Of a stretch of 64,000 nucleotides of DNA, positions 9,361 through 19,690 are shown in pieces. This DNA is from Verrucomicrobiota bacterium (GTDB lineage: Bacteria; Verrucomicrobiota; Verrucomicrobiia; Verrucomicrobiales; V1-33). The notes under the pieces are model-generated. The model saw only the letters and a list, made by a program, of their open reading frames with translations, searched no databases and was not told where the DNA came from. The stretch covers positions 74,184 to 138,183 of the forward strand of contig QQNF01000001.1 in the NCBI GenBank assembly GCA_003402705.1. The letters run 5' to 3'. Made by a program: the position numbers and the translations under genes. Positions within the stretch are counted from its first letter, which is position 1, and each line of letters opens with the position of its first letter.

Positions 9361-9522
9361 CGAGGAAAGCACGGGCATGGACCCGCATCCGATGCTGTCG
9401 CGCGGCGAACTTTAGCTGCTGACCGAGGCAGAATCCAGCGAGAGGCCTGTCCAATTGAATCCCAACATGCCGTTCGTCAGCAGCCCATCGAAGAACCCGA
9501 ACCCGCCACCCTTCCGGCGCAC

Positions 9523-9723
9523 TCATGGCCGGTCCACACCACCGTCCAGCTCCGCGGGCCAGAGAGAGAGATCGTCCGGCGTGTTGTAGAGCATGTGGTG
9601 TCTCGTCAGCTCACGCTCCCGCTCCGCACGCGGCAGGCGCGCCCAGTCGGCAGCCTCCTGACCCATGATCTCAGCCAGATGTTCGTAGTACGAGTCTGGA
9701 AGCTTCAGTGAGTCCACATTCAT
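9523..9723 (-). CDS. Small hypothetical protein translationally coupled to the upstream NTase-like gene
   Basis: ATG at 9723 overlaps the upstream stop (ATGA at 9720-9723). The product is 66 aa: MNVDSLKLPDSYYEHLAEIMGQEAADW... Confidence 0.4.
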   Translation of the reverse strand: MNVDSLKLPDSYYEHLAEIMGQEAADWARLPRAERERELTRHHMLYNTPDDLSLWPAELDGGVDRP

Positions 9724-10664
9724 GGCAGCATGCGCCCTCGGGACGGGGCCAGTGCAAGAACCGTCGCCGATGGCCGCCCGGAAATCAAGGTGGCTCTCTC
9801 GATTCCACGCGTCCATGCGGCTTCCTTCGCGGCCTCATCGAGAATAACGACGGGAAGATCATAGGTCTTCGCCGCACGCACAAGCCGTTCATGCTGGCGG
9901 GAGAACGGCTCCGGCGTCGGCCACTCCCAAAAGTCCTCCTTCTTCCAGCGCCGGTAAAACTCCTTCCACTCGTGCTGATACCGCCGGTAGCGTTCCTGAT
10001 TCACCGTTTCCCAAATGGTGCGCTCCACTCGGATGAGACCCTGGAGCATGTCGTCATCGCTCACGGATTCAATCATCGCGAGGAGCGGTCGGTGCGGCAG
10101 CAGCGTGTTTTGCACTGCGGTCGGCAACGCTCGCCATATGGCGCGGAGCGCCGCGGCCTGCTGCATGTGCAAGGCAGCTTCAGGCATCTGCGCCCCTTCC
10201 AGAATTCGCGCGAGTCCGTCGACGATCGGCCAGTCCTTGTCGCGGTCCGTTCGCTTCATCCACGCCACGAGATCAGGTTCGGCAAAGCCCATCTCATCCG
10301 CGGCAACCGATCCCGGCAGAACACGCGGCGGTGCGCCGAAAATGTCCACATGCTCCTCCGGCCCGCCGGCCGACGGCCAGATTGCAAGATGGCTCGTCCA
10401 CCCGGCGGCAAGGTATTCCTCCACCAGCGGTGCCCCGAAAATATGCCGGTAACTGATCCGCCACGGAGGAACCCGACGCTCGTACTCCAGCAGCAGCGCC
10501 CGAAGTTTCGGCAGGTCTGCCGGCTCGATGATCCAATCGCTGTCCTTGGTATTCTGCTGAAGTCCGTAATAAACGCACGCCATCCCCGAGGTGATCGCGA
10601 AACGGATCCCCCGCTCCCGCAGCAGATCGCGGAAGTGATAAAGAAACTCGAGCGGCGTGATCAT
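9720..10664 (-). CDS. Putative nucleotidyltransferase-fold protein with a helical C-terminal domain
   Basis: ATG at 10664. ITSGMACVYYGLQQNTKDSDWII fits the pol-beta NTase pattern G[GS]-x(9-13)-DxD. Confidence 0.45.
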   Translation of the reverse strand: MITPLEFLYHFRDLLRERGIRFAITSGMACVYYGLQQNTKDSDWIIEPADLPKLRALLLEYERRVPPWRISYRHIFGAPLVEEYLAAGWTSHLAIWPSAGGPEEHVDIFGAPPRVLPGSVAADEMGFAEPDLVAWMKRTDRDKDWPIVDGLARILEGAQMPEAALHMQQAAALRAIWRALPTAVQNTLLPHRPLLAMIESVSDDDMLQGLIRVERTIWETVNQERYRRYQHEWKEFYRRWKKEDFWEWPTPEPFSRQHERLVRAAKTYDLPVVILDEAAKEAAWTRGIERATLISGRPSATVLALAPSRGRMLP

Positions 10665-11065
10665 GCCGCACCCTATGCCCGCACCTCCCCGCCCGGGCAA
10701 TGCAGCAAATCAATCCCCGACACTCCCGCCAACCCCAACCTCAAGCACCCCCGCTCCGCCGATTCCCGGTGGCCTTCCACCGCTCCAGAGGTCTCGCTCC
10801 TGAGATGTGGCCACCCGTAGAACCCAGAATGAGGGCTCCGGCACGCTTGTTGCCATAGCGCTTCCAGTCGGTTTGAGGGCAGAACGTTTCCGAATAAGCG
10901 GCGGCGAGCAGGAATGGAGCGCCATAGCTTGCCGAAGGCAAGCCGAAGCTCACCACCGCCGGGCGCTCACCACCGTCGATGACGCCACAGATGCCATACG
11001 CACCGTTGCTTGAATCCGTTTTTCCGGCAACTTGATCGCTTACGGATACACCGTGGAACTCGTGC

Positions 11066-12844
11066 CTATTTCTGCAGAGTCAGCAGCGCCTCTGCAAATG
11101 CCTTGCCCATCTGAGCGAAGATCTTCGCGCTGCCAAAATAGTGGTACCCGCCATTGGACGCACCTTTCAGCGCCTCCCGGTCCTTGGGCGAAAGAACCTC
11201 CTCAAGGGCGAGATCAAGCTTCTTCTGGTCCGCTTTGGTGATTCCCTCAATCCTCACGTCGATCCCGGCATAGTGTTCCGGCGCGCTCGGGTCATACTGA
11301 TCATTTGAATAAGCAGCCAGAACGTTCTTGCCCTTCTTCAGATGTTTGACCTGTTCAGCGTCAAGCACAATGGAACCGTAACGCGCATTGTCCTGCCACC
11401 AGACGTAGGTGTGAATCTTGTGGCCATTCAAATACACGTGGAACCCTTGTCTGGCCAGAATCGCGATGCGATAGGACTCGAAGTCAAGGTCCTCAACTTC
11501 AAAAGTGGTGCGCATCAGCAGAAACTCACCCTCACCCCACTTTGAGGGGAACTTGTCCAGAGTGACTCCATTGTGTTTCCAGACACCCTTTCCGATAGGG
11601 GCTTTTCCCTCGGTCCATTTGCTGTCATCAAATTCCGGCATGAACCAGTTCTCCATCCCGGCTGGCAGCGCGATGTCACGGAAGCGCCTCTCGGTGTATT
11701 CCTCGATCTTGTCCTTTTTTTCCGTAGCATCCACCGCAGTGAATCGCCAGTTCCGTTCCTCTGGCAGTGGTTTGCCCACAGGCTTCCAGTAATTCTCCCA
11801 TTTCGAATCCCTGTCCAGGGTTCCATCCGGCTTCAATGTGTGCGCCGTTCCTACGATCTCGTTATACTGACCCTGCTTGGGCTCCGCCGCGGCAATATCA
11901 TAGTCCCAGAAAGGCGCCGTATCGACCGCCACCACGTTGCCCTTGAACTCAGGCATCGCAGCGGGCGCGGCCATCGCCTTACGGAAGTTCACATTCTTCT
12001 CACCATCCACACCCAGCACGCCAATCACGAACGGCATCGCCGGGGCGGAAAGCTCCTTGCGGACGTCGCGGATGAAGTGAGCCAACAAGCGCGAGTATTC
12101 ATCGTAGTTCTCATTGGGATAAGTCGTCCCGTCGACAAGGTCATTGAAACCCTGAAGCCACACAAAACCCGCCACCTCATAGCCAGCCTTCTCATCGTAC
12201 TCCGGACATACCCGCTTCGGATCCGCCAGCACCTTCTTCACGTGTTCCACCATCATCCGGTAGAACACACCCGAGGCCGCGTCCTTTTCATCCTGCCATT
12301 TCTTCCGCTCCTCAAGCTTGGGAACCCCGTGCGCTCCCTCGGGATGCTTGTCCCACACTTCCTGAACCTCCCTTGGCAGTTTGTATTGCCCCGCACTCGG
12401 CGGTCGGAACTCGGTGTTGAGTGACCTCCCGCCCCACGCGGTCTTGATGATCAGAATCGGCTCCTTCAATTCCTTCTCCATGAAGATTCCGAAGGTGAAC
12501 TCGGGCCCGATCTTTTTGCTCAGCTGGGTCGGGTTATCTCCTCGTTCGCCAAAGCCGGCCGTCAGCTTCCCAAGGCCCTCGCCGTTGGCACTGCCATCAT
12601 AAGGGCCCGTCAAATAGGACATCCAGACCTTGTCGCACACCCGTGCCGTGCCGTCAGGATTCCGCATCTCCTTGAGAAGAGGCGCCGTCTTCGGATCCTT
12701 CCCGATGTAATCAAACGTCCTCACCTCGGCATGTCCCTCCATGTTGGACTGGCCGGCAAGGATGAACACCTTGAGCGGCTTGGCATAAGACAGCGGCGAG
12801 AAGACGCAGAGCAGTGCTGCAGTAATATATTGGGTCGGTTTCAT
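11066..12844 (-). CDS. Sialate O-acetylesterase-like SGNH hydrolase (DUF303/SASA) with a C-terminal extra domain
   Basis: The signal peptide is followed by KVFILAGQSNMEGH, the GQSNMxG motif of the SASA family. Confidence 0.8.
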   Translation of the reverse strand: MKPTQYITAALLCVFSPLSYAKPLKVFILAGQSNMEGHAEVRTFDYIGKDPKTAPLLKEMRNPDGTARVCDKVWMSYLTGPYDGSANGEGLGKLTAGFGERGDNPTQLSKKIGPEFTFGIFMEKELKEPILIIKTAWGGRSLNTEFRPPSAGQYKLPREVQEVWDKHPEGAHGVPKLEERKKWQDEKDAASGVFYRMMVEHVKKVLADPKRVCPEYDEKAGYEVAGFVWLQGFNDLVDGTTYPNENYDEYSRLLAHFIRDVRKELSAPAMPFVIGVLGVDGEKNVNFRKAMAAPAAMPEFKGNVVAVDTAPFWDYDIAAAEPKQGQYNEIVGTAHTLKPDGTLDRDSKWENYWKPVGKPLPEERNWRFTAVDATEKKDKIEEYTERRFRDIALPAGMENWFMPEFDDSKWTEGKAPIGKGVWKHNGVTLDKFPSKWGEGEFLLMRTTFEVEDLDFESYRIAILARQGFHVYLNGHKIHTYVWWQDNARYGSIVLDAEQVKHLKKGKNVLAAYSNDQYDPSAPEHYAGIDVRIEGITKADQKKLDLALEEVLSPKDREALKGASNGGYHYFGSAKIFAQMGKAFAEALLTLQK

Positions 12845-12879
12845 TGGAAATTTCTGGATATATCTATACGCGTTAGTCT

Positions 12880-15138
12880 TCAAGTGATTCCGCCACCGAT
12901 CCAGCGGCGGCGCAGGCCCCATTCCATGGTGAGCAAGAGAACCATCAGGGCCATGACCCACCAGCGGTCCCAGATAGCGCGACGGCCGTACTCGATAATG
13001 CGACTGCCGCTCGGATCAACCGCGATCGACCAGGATCCGGGCTCGCCTTCCAACAATTTTCCTCCTCCGACTTGCGCGAGCTCGGTCATCAAGCCGCGGT
13101 TGGCCGCTGTGGATGCAAATTCGCGGGTGTCGGGGGTGACATTGACGAGGGCATAAGAAAACACCGGATCCAACCCGGTGCGCGGCAGGCTGGCGGTGAA
13201 GGTCCATTCTCCCTGATCCTGCAGCGCAACACTCGCGTGCCACGTGCGAGTCACCTCGTCGCGGATCAATTCCACAGGCACCGCTTCCTGTCCCGGCATA
13301 GCCCGCTTCAGCGTGGCCACCGCATCCGGATAGGTCGGCGGAAACGGGATGCGCACATCCACACTCTGGCCCGGCACGGCGACATTGCGATCGACCGAGA
13401 GTCTGAGTTCCCCGCTTTTGCGGCGGATGCGGTCCGCGGCCAACCAGCGCACGGCCTGGTTCCAGAATCGCCGGTAGTAAAGGGTTTTGTCCGCAGGGGT
13501 GCCGAAGCTGGTGTGGAATTGGCTGCCCCAGCTCTGGGTTGTGTCGGAGGTGAACGCCATGGTGCGGCCCCGCCCGATCTGCTGCACGGCGAAAACCACT
13601 AGCGGGCCGTATTTGTTGGATTCGTTCTCATTGAAAGCCAGCGCGCGGGCTCCTGGCTTGACGCGGTTCACGGAATTAAGTCCGCTGAATCCAGGGAATC
13701 GCTCGTTCCAGATCTGCGCGGTCTCCTCCCGGGTGGTGCCGAGTTGCATCACCGGGTGGTCGAACATCTCGCCGGGGACCTGCAGCTTGAAACCTCCATA
13801 CTTGATGTCCTCGTTGCCGTAAACATCCACCGGCATCAGCTTGTCGATCACCGTCTCGTCGTAGTGGCCGGCCCCGAAGGCCGTCGTGCCACCCACCATC
13901 ACGAAACCACCGCCGTGTTCCTCCACCAGCGCCACGGTCAGATCAAGTTGCTCGGGAGTGAAGGCTTCTTTGTAGATATCACTGTTGATGATCACATCGT
14001 AGTTCAACATGTCCTGCAGCGTGCGCGGGTATCCCTTGATCGGATGGGCGATGTTGTAAACCTTGCGGCCATCGGCATCAATGGTGAAAGGGATCTGGCG
14101 GGAGGCTTCGAAAGACTCGGACTGCGGGAAAAACAGACTCGTGACCTCCATATCCGGATCGCTCTCCAGCGCGTTCTCCAGCCAGTGTCCGGCGTTAGGC
14201 GTGCCTTCCATGTTGATGACGCGGATTTTCCGCTCGACGACTTCCGCGCCAATCACGCCCGCGTTGTTAATAGCGAGACGCTCACCGTCGAGAGGGAGCA
14301 CCTCCACCCGATATCGGTGAAAGCCGGTGAACGGGGTTTCAAAGATGAATTCAAAGGGCTGGGCATCGCGGACCACGGTTTCCACAGATTCATGCACCAC
14401 CCGACCCTCACACTGAACACGCATCGTCACCTCGCTTCCTGTGAAGCCGGGAGCTTTCAGCGTTCCTCTCAAACGGAGCCTCCTGCTATAGAGCGATTCC
14501 TGGGCTCCACTAAGACCGGAGAGCGCCAGGTCCGCGGATTCTTCCGGCGTTCCGACCAGAACCGTGTAGAGCGGAACAGCCGCCTGCTGGTAGAGACGCG
14601 CCGCACGAAGGGCCGCCTCGGGATCGTCGGTTTGTCCATCACTCACCAGAACCACCGCGCCGAGATCGCGGGTCCGTTCGTCGCCCAAAACCGTCTCGAG
14701 GGCTTTGTCGATGCGGGATTCATTCCCAGTGGCCGTGAGCTCCTCCGGGCCTGCCACCGGCCGGGCTTCACCGGCAAAGCCATACCATCGCAACTGGCTT
14801 CCGCCACCCGCCAGCCCGGCCATCGGTTTGGCAAGCGCCTTGAGTTGATCAATCCTCGGTGATGAACCGGATTCGTCCCGGAGGCTCATGCTTGCAGAGT
14901 CATCCAACAGGACTGCGATATCCTGCGGCTCACGGAACTCTCGACGTTCCACCCGGTGCGGGTGCAGGAGGATGATGAGCAGAAGTCCAAGCAACGCCCC
15001 GCGAAGCAGCAACCAGAGGCAACGGAGCCCGATGGATGGGCCGTGCGGAGCGCGCAGTGTCCTCCAAGAGATCACGGCAAAGGCGGCCAGAACCGCGGCG
15101 GTGATCCAATACCAGGCTGGGTAGGTCGTCCATTCCAT
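12880..15138 (-). CDS. Membrane-anchored vWA-domain protein (Bat-like operon, distal gene)
   Basis: N-terminal TM helices are followed by DIAVLLDDSASMSL (DxSxS MIDAS motif) and a large C-terminal domain. Confidence 0.7.
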   Translation of the reverse strand: MEWTTYPAWYWITAAVLAAFAVISWRTLRAPHGPSIGLRCLWLLLRGALLGLLLIILLHPHRVERREFREPQDIAVLLDDSASMSLRDESGSSPRIDQLKALAKPMAGLAGGGSQLRWYGFAGEARPVAGPEELTATGNESRIDKALETVLGDERTRDLGAVVLVSDGQTDDPEAALRAARLYQQAAVPLYTVLVGTPEESADLALSGLSGAQESLYSRRLRLRGTLKAPGFTGSEVTMRVQCEGRVVHESVETVVRDAQPFEFIFETPFTGFHRYRVEVLPLDGERLAINNAGVIGAEVVERKIRVINMEGTPNAGHWLENALESDPDMEVTSLFFPQSESFEASRQIPFTIDADGRKVYNIAHPIKGYPRTLQDMLNYDVIINSDIYKEAFTPEQLDLTVALVEEHGGGFVMVGGTTAFGAGHYDETVIDKLMPVDVYGNEDIKYGGFKLQVPGEMFDHPVMQLGTTREETAQIWNERFPGFSGLNSVNRVKPGARALAFNENESNKYGPLVVFAVQQIGRGRTMAFTSDTTQSWGSQFHTSFGTPADKTLYYRRFWNQAVRWLAADRIRRKSGELRLSVDRNVAVPGQSVDVRIPFPPTYPDAVATLKRAMPGQEAVPVELIRDEVTRTWHASVALQDQGEWTFTASLPRTGLDPVFSYALVNVTPDTREFASTAANRGLMTELAQVGGGKLLEGEPGSWSIAVDPSGSRIIEYGRRAIWDRWWVMALMVLLLTMEWGLRRRWIGGGIT

Positions 15139-15143
15139 GATGA

Positions 15144-17603
15144 CTATTCGTAGGAAATGGATCGCAGGTAGTCGTCCACCAGCCGTTCATATCCGGGGGG
15201 ATAGGTTTCGCTTTCGGAGATTCCGCTTCCCAGCTGAGCGGCGATTTCACGCAGCGCTTTTGCTAGGGCTTGTTCGCTTTGCTCTCCGAGACTTTTACTC
15301 GCCTCGGCTTCGCCTCTCGCGAGGGCTTCCGCGTTGTCATCCTCGAGACCGGCGGCGCGCTCAAGTTCCTCCCCGGCCGCCTTGGGATCGCCTCGGCCAC
15401 TGGCGGAAGGCTTTATGCTTTCCGCCTGGCGGGCCGCGGACCGCGCATCCTGTGCCAATGCCTGTTGTTGATTGGAAAGTTCCGCGGGCTCGCCCTTCGT
15501 CTGATTGAGCTTCTGCTGTTCTGCGAGCTGGCGCTGGACTTCTTCCAGAAGCTTGCTCAGTGATTCCTTTTCCCCCGGGTCTTCTTCTCCCTTGGCAGAT
15601 GAACTCTTCGGCTTGGGCTTGCTCAGGGTGAAGGTCATACCGCCTTCCATTGCCGCAGCCGATTGCATGGATTCTTTCAAATCTTCCAGCATCTTCGCTG
15701 CCTCGATGAGATTGGCCAAGGCAGCCTCCTCGTCAGGCACCGCCTGCACTGCCGCCTTCTTGTCGAGAAGGCTTGCCGCCGCCGCCATCGAAATCCGGGC
15801 CTTCTCCAGAACGTCCGCCAGATCCTGCAGGAACATGCCTGCGGCCGCCCGCGCCATCATCCCGGTGTATTCGGCATTCTTTCTTTGGTCATAGGCGACG
15901 GTTTCGCGATCGGATGCCGGGGCGTTGTCCGGCATCACCACGGTCGCTTTGAGAATCTCCATCTGCAATTCCAAGGGGTTCACCGGCGGAGGACCGCTGC
16001 CACCACCTCCTTCGCCTCCGCCATCATCCTCAGACTCCGGCAAGGGGACCTCCAGATACACCACTTCCGAACGGCCGATGCCCGCGCCTTCGAGGGCATT
16101 CGAATCCTCCGCTTCCGCATGCACCGCAATGATGTCTAGCGGTTTCACATTCATCGGAGCCAGCGCCAGCAATTCAGCGCCGGACCAACTGCGTCCAGCC
16201 TCCGCGGGAAGCTTGATTTCCTGCCGCGCGTGAGGCTGGCCCGGCTTGCGGAAAACCAAACGCGCTCCGCTGAGGCGGACATCATCGACGGCACTGACGT
16301 TGAATTGCACCGTTTCATTGCCCAGACGGATGACCTCGCCCCCATCATGGCTCAGGATGCGCACGACCGGAGGGGTATCCGCCACCACATTGATCCGCCA
16401 TGGTTCCTCGTTGCGGACGAGATCGCCCTGCTGACCTTTGATCACGAGCCTGTAGACAATTTCGTCAGCTTCCCGAGACAGATTCCAGTCCGTGTGCCAG
16501 ACCAACGGGTCCGCGGGATCGGGTTGAAAAACCGGAATGCCCGGTTGGTCGCTAGCCGGGTCTTCAACGCCTATCGGTTCGCCGTACATGCCACGTTTCA
16601 TTCCGGCCTGTTCCGTCCGGCTCACGCGTTCTTCTTTCGGTGGGGGCGCGCTGCGTTCGAGCACAAGGGAAACAGCAGGAGCCTTGAGTCTCACTTTGTA
16701 GTCCAACCGACTGCCGCGCAGGACCGAAAAGGACGGCTCCCTTTTTGTCTCCTTCGCGTGGGCAGCGTATTCCGGCGGAATGACGTCGATCTCGAATGAT
16801 GCAACGCCAGGCAACGGGTAAGGCGTGACGCGCAAAGGAGCAGACTGGCCGTCACCCGCACGCACCACAAACTCCGCGGAGCCATCCAGTCCGTTCATCG
16901 CCAACCGCACCACGCCATCGGGTCCTGGAGCAGCTTCCGCAATAGCCAGCGGCGAATCTTGTCGATACAGGGTCACCACTTTAACCGGCACCCCGGAAAC
17001 TTGGGCGATGAGCGTGAAGGGCCGACCCTCCGCGATGGCCTCCTTCGGTCCTTCTAACTGAAGCGAGGTGTAGGGCGATGCCATCCAGGGAATCAGCATG
17101 CGCAGCAGGCCTTTGGGTCCCTGGATCGAAACCAATGTGACAATGGCCGCGAGGGCTGCGGCGGCAAAGGATCGTGGCACACGCAGCCGACCACGAAAAG
17201 TGGGCGGAGCCGCACGGACGGCATCGTTTGCCAGTCGGTCCAGTCGCTCGAGCATCACTCCACCGATGGCTCCGTTTCCTGCGGTGAGCCGCACCGCCGG
17301 ATCAATCGCGGTCGCCACGACCGATGCCGTTTCCCCGGCTTCCTTCTCGATCTGGTGGGCGATCGCCGTTCCATCAGGGCAAGCGGCACCAATAGCCAAT
17401 CGGGCAGCGAACGCCCCTGCCACGAGCCCGGCAATCCATCCGATCCACCTCAGGCCACCGGAAAACATCCACATCCGGTCGAGCAGCGCAGTCAGGACCA
17501 TCACCGCTGCAAAGCCCGCAAAAGCCGCCAGCCATCCGCGTCGCCGACGAATGCCGCGATGGCGAACCAACGCTTGATGGATGATTTGCTGGAGTTCCGT
17601 CAC
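15144..17603 (-). CDS. Large membrane protein with a coiled-coil/acidic C-terminus (DUF4175-like, Bat-operon associated)
   Basis: The GTG start overlaps the upstream stop (GTGA). It has N-terminal TM helices and a long Ala/Glu/Lys-rich C-terminal region. Confidence 0.5.
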   Translation of the reverse strand: MTELQQIIHQALVRHRGIRRRRGWLAAFAGFAAVMVLTALLDRMWMFSGGLRWIGWIAGLVAGAFAARLAIGAACPDGTAIAHQIEKEAGETASVVATAIDPAVRLTAGNGAIGGVMLERLDRLANDAVRAAPPTFRGRLRVPRSFAAAALAAIVTLVSIQGPKGLLRMLIPWMASPYTSLQLEGPKEAIAEGRPFTLIAQVSGVPVKVVTLYRQDSPLAIAEAAPGPDGVVRLAMNGLDGSAEFVVRAGDGQSAPLRVTPYPLPGVASFEIDVIPPEYAAHAKETKREPSFSVLRGSRLDYKVRLKAPAVSLVLERSAPPPKEERVSRTEQAGMKRGMYGEPIGVEDPASDQPGIPVFQPDPADPLVWHTDWNLSREADEIVYRLVIKGQQGDLVRNEEPWRINVVADTPPVVRILSHDGGEVIRLGNETVQFNVSAVDDVRLSGARLVFRKPGQPHARQEIKLPAEAGRSWSGAELLALAPMNVKPLDIIAVHAEAEDSNALEGAGIGRSEVVYLEVPLPESEDDGGGEGGGGSGPPPVNPLELQMEILKATVVMPDNAPASDRETVAYDQRKNAEYTGMMARAAAGMFLQDLADVLEKARISMAAAASLLDKKAAVQAVPDEEAALANLIEAAKMLEDLKESMQSAAAMEGGMTFTLSKPKPKSSSAKGEEDPGEKESLSKLLEEVQRQLAEQQKLNQTKGEPAELSNQQQALAQDARSAARQAESIKPSASGRGDPKAAGEELERAAGLEDDNAEALARGEAEASKSLGEQSEQALAKALREIAAQLGSGISESETYPPGYERLVDDYLRSISYE

Positions 17604-19690
17604 AATGCTTGTCCTTTCTCATCGGGTTGTCGTTTCAGCCTGAAAGCCAGCCAGGGTTCCACCAGCCACACACCGGCGAGGGCCGCGAGAATCCACCGCC
17701 ACCATCCGGATTCGGAGACCAGATCGATCCGGGGCACTTCGCCACTGCCACCTGCAGCTCGCCGACGCGCCTCGACCTGCCGTTCCAGAATGGCGGGAAG
17801 CAAAAACTCGCGGCGGCTTTCCTCGGGAGGAAAATTCACCGCCACCGGCCGCACCAAGCCGCCGTCTTCAGTTAGGACATCAAAGATTCCCGGCGGCTCG
17901 AAGTTGAGGCCGCGCACCCAACCCTCTTCATCCACCTTGAACGTCCGGCCATCGGCACGCAGAAGTTTTCCTGCCAGCGCGGGATCAACCCGGACATCGA
18001 AAGGCACTCCTGCGATCCCTGCACCTGGGCTGTTGCGCAGGCTCTGCGACGGGGAATTCAACACCGCGGAAACCAGCACGTGGACCGTGGGCACGAACAA
18101 GACTCCGTCCGCTGACCAATCACCCCAACTGCGGTCCGGACTGGTGTTGACGAACAGCACGCGGCCGCGGCCCGCCTGCCCGCGCACCACCAGTGGCAGT
18201 TCGTCGGCATAACGCGCCATCACCTCCGCTCCTTCGCCGATACTCAGCGTGAACCGCTTCTTCAACGGAGCCTTGCGCAGGGCCTCCCGCAGATCGGATC
18301 CGAAACCACCCCATAGCGGATGGGTTGTCCCAATTGGTTCAAGGGCCGGACCTCCATCGATCGTTGAAACCGCTCCGGGCAGGACCGGCAGAAGGCTCCG
18401 CCAGGCCGTGGCGAATTCCGCAGTCGGAATCTCCGGACCGGCGAAAAACACCACGCCACCGCCCTTTTGCGCGAAGGCATGGACGGCTGCAGGCAAATCC
18501 GCGGGCCATGCTGCCAGCGGCGGCACCACCACCACGGCCTCGCTGTCTTCCAATCCTCGAAGCGCACCCACTGCATCTCCCACCGCCACCACTTTTGGCA
18601 GGAACCTGGAATCGGACGCTCCAGCCCCAGCCGTCGGACGCAAGGCCTGGTTGAGGAAAAAGGTTGTCTGCAGGAAGACATCACGCTCTGGATAGGGTTC
18701 CAACAGGAGAACCGGCACTTCGGGAACTGCCAGAAAGACATCGAACAATCTGTCGTCCTCTGCCAGCCCATCGGTCGACTCCCGGAAAGAGATCTCGCGG
18801 CGCACCCATCCTTTCGTCCCGGACCGGTACGGCAACTCAAGAATCTTGTCAGGCTGGGAGAACTCCTGCTTCTCGGCCTTTCCATCCTTTTCAACCTGAT
18901 CGCTGACAACCAGAGGCGATGACCCGCCGCCCAACTCGACCACCCCGCGACGCAGTTGATCAAATCCGCGGACACCCAGCGAAAGACTTCTGTTTGCCGC
19001 CTTCGGATTACCTGTCTGGACAACCCGCACGCGCAATTCTTCCGGAAGCGAGAGGGTATCCATGTCTTCCCAGCCTTGGCGTTGCAGGTCGCCGACGATC
19101 TCCAGCGACTCAGGCATGTCGCTGCGGAACCGGGCGACCGCCTCGGCCGCGTCGCGCAGAGCCTCGAAAGGCCGTCCGTCCGCCACGGCCGGAGCAAGAC
19201 CGGCGAGGATCTTGCGCAGCTCCGAGGGCTGGGTCCAATCGTCGCCGGTGGCCGCAGGAGGAAAACAAAACAAACGAACTCGGCTTTCGGAGTGAAGTCC
19301 GTCCAGACGCTCGCGGACTTGTGCCACCGCGTCCTCCCACGCCGTGTTGCCCCCCGGTGATCGCATCGCCATGCTAGCCGATCGGTCGAGCACGAAGGCA
19401 ACCGCTTCCCGTCCCCCAACGGGTGCATGGCCCCCACCCGGGAGTCCGGGTCGTGCAAAAGCCAGTCCCAACAGAATCACCCCAAGGGCGCGCAGTAGCA
19501 GCAACGGCCAGCGGCGAATCTTTCGCCGGTGGCGTGCGACTCTCGGGGCTTCCGGCACAAGGCGCAGGGAACTCATTTGCACACGCCTGCTAGCCACCCG
19601 TTCGTAAAGATGCATCCACACCGCGAGGCCGACCGCCGCCAGCCCGGCAATCGCAAACCACGGTCCCAGCATCACGATCGCAAGCATCAT
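17600..19690 (-). CDS. BatA-like protein (aerotolerance-regulator N-terminal domain + vWA)
   Basis: MMLAIVMLGPWFAIAGLAAVGLAVWMHL...LRLVPEAP is followed by VAFVLDRSASMAM (DxSxS). Its ATG overlaps the DUF58 stop. Confidence 0.7.
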   Translation of the reverse strand: MMLAIVMLGPWFAIAGLAAVGLAVWMHLYERVASRRVQMSSLRLVPEAPRVARHRRKIRRWPLLLLRALGVILLGLAFARPGLPGGGHAPVGGREAVAFVLDRSASMAMRSPGGNTAWEDAVAQVRERLDGLHSESRVRLFCFPPAATGDDWTQPSELRKILAGLAPAVADGRPFEALRDAAEAVARFRSDMPESLEIVGDLQRQGWEDMDTLSLPEELRVRVVQTGNPKAANRSLSLGVRGFDQLRRGVVELGGGSSPLVVSDQVEKDGKAEKQEFSQPDKILELPYRSGTKGWVRREISFRESTDGLAEDDRLFDVFLAVPEVPVLLLEPYPERDVFLQTTFFLNQALRPTAGAGASDSRFLPKVVAVGDAVGALRGLEDSEAVVVVPPLAAWPADLPAAVHAFAQKGGGVVFFAGPEIPTAEFATAWRSLLPVLPGAVSTIDGGPALEPIGTTHPLWGGFGSDLREALRKAPLKKRFTLSIGEGAEVMARYADELPLVVRGQAGRGRVLFVNTSPDRSWGDWSADGVLFVPTVHVLVSAVLNSPSQSLRNSPGAGIAGVPFDVRVDPALAGKLLRADGRTFKVDEEGWVRGLNFEPPGIFDVLTEDGGLVRPVAVNFPPEESRREFLLPAILERQVEARRRAAGGSGEVPRIDLVSESGWWRWILAALAGVWLVEPWLAFRLKRQPDEKGQAL

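Noticed and set aside
10741-11050. Minus-strand open frame (…GKTDSSNGAYGICGVIDGGERPAVVSFGLPSASYGAPFLLAAAYSETF…) in the gap between the NTase-like gene and the esterase
   Set aside because: It is possibly a gene remnant, but it has no ATG start, no recognisable family, and several overlapping alternative frames. It is not annotated.
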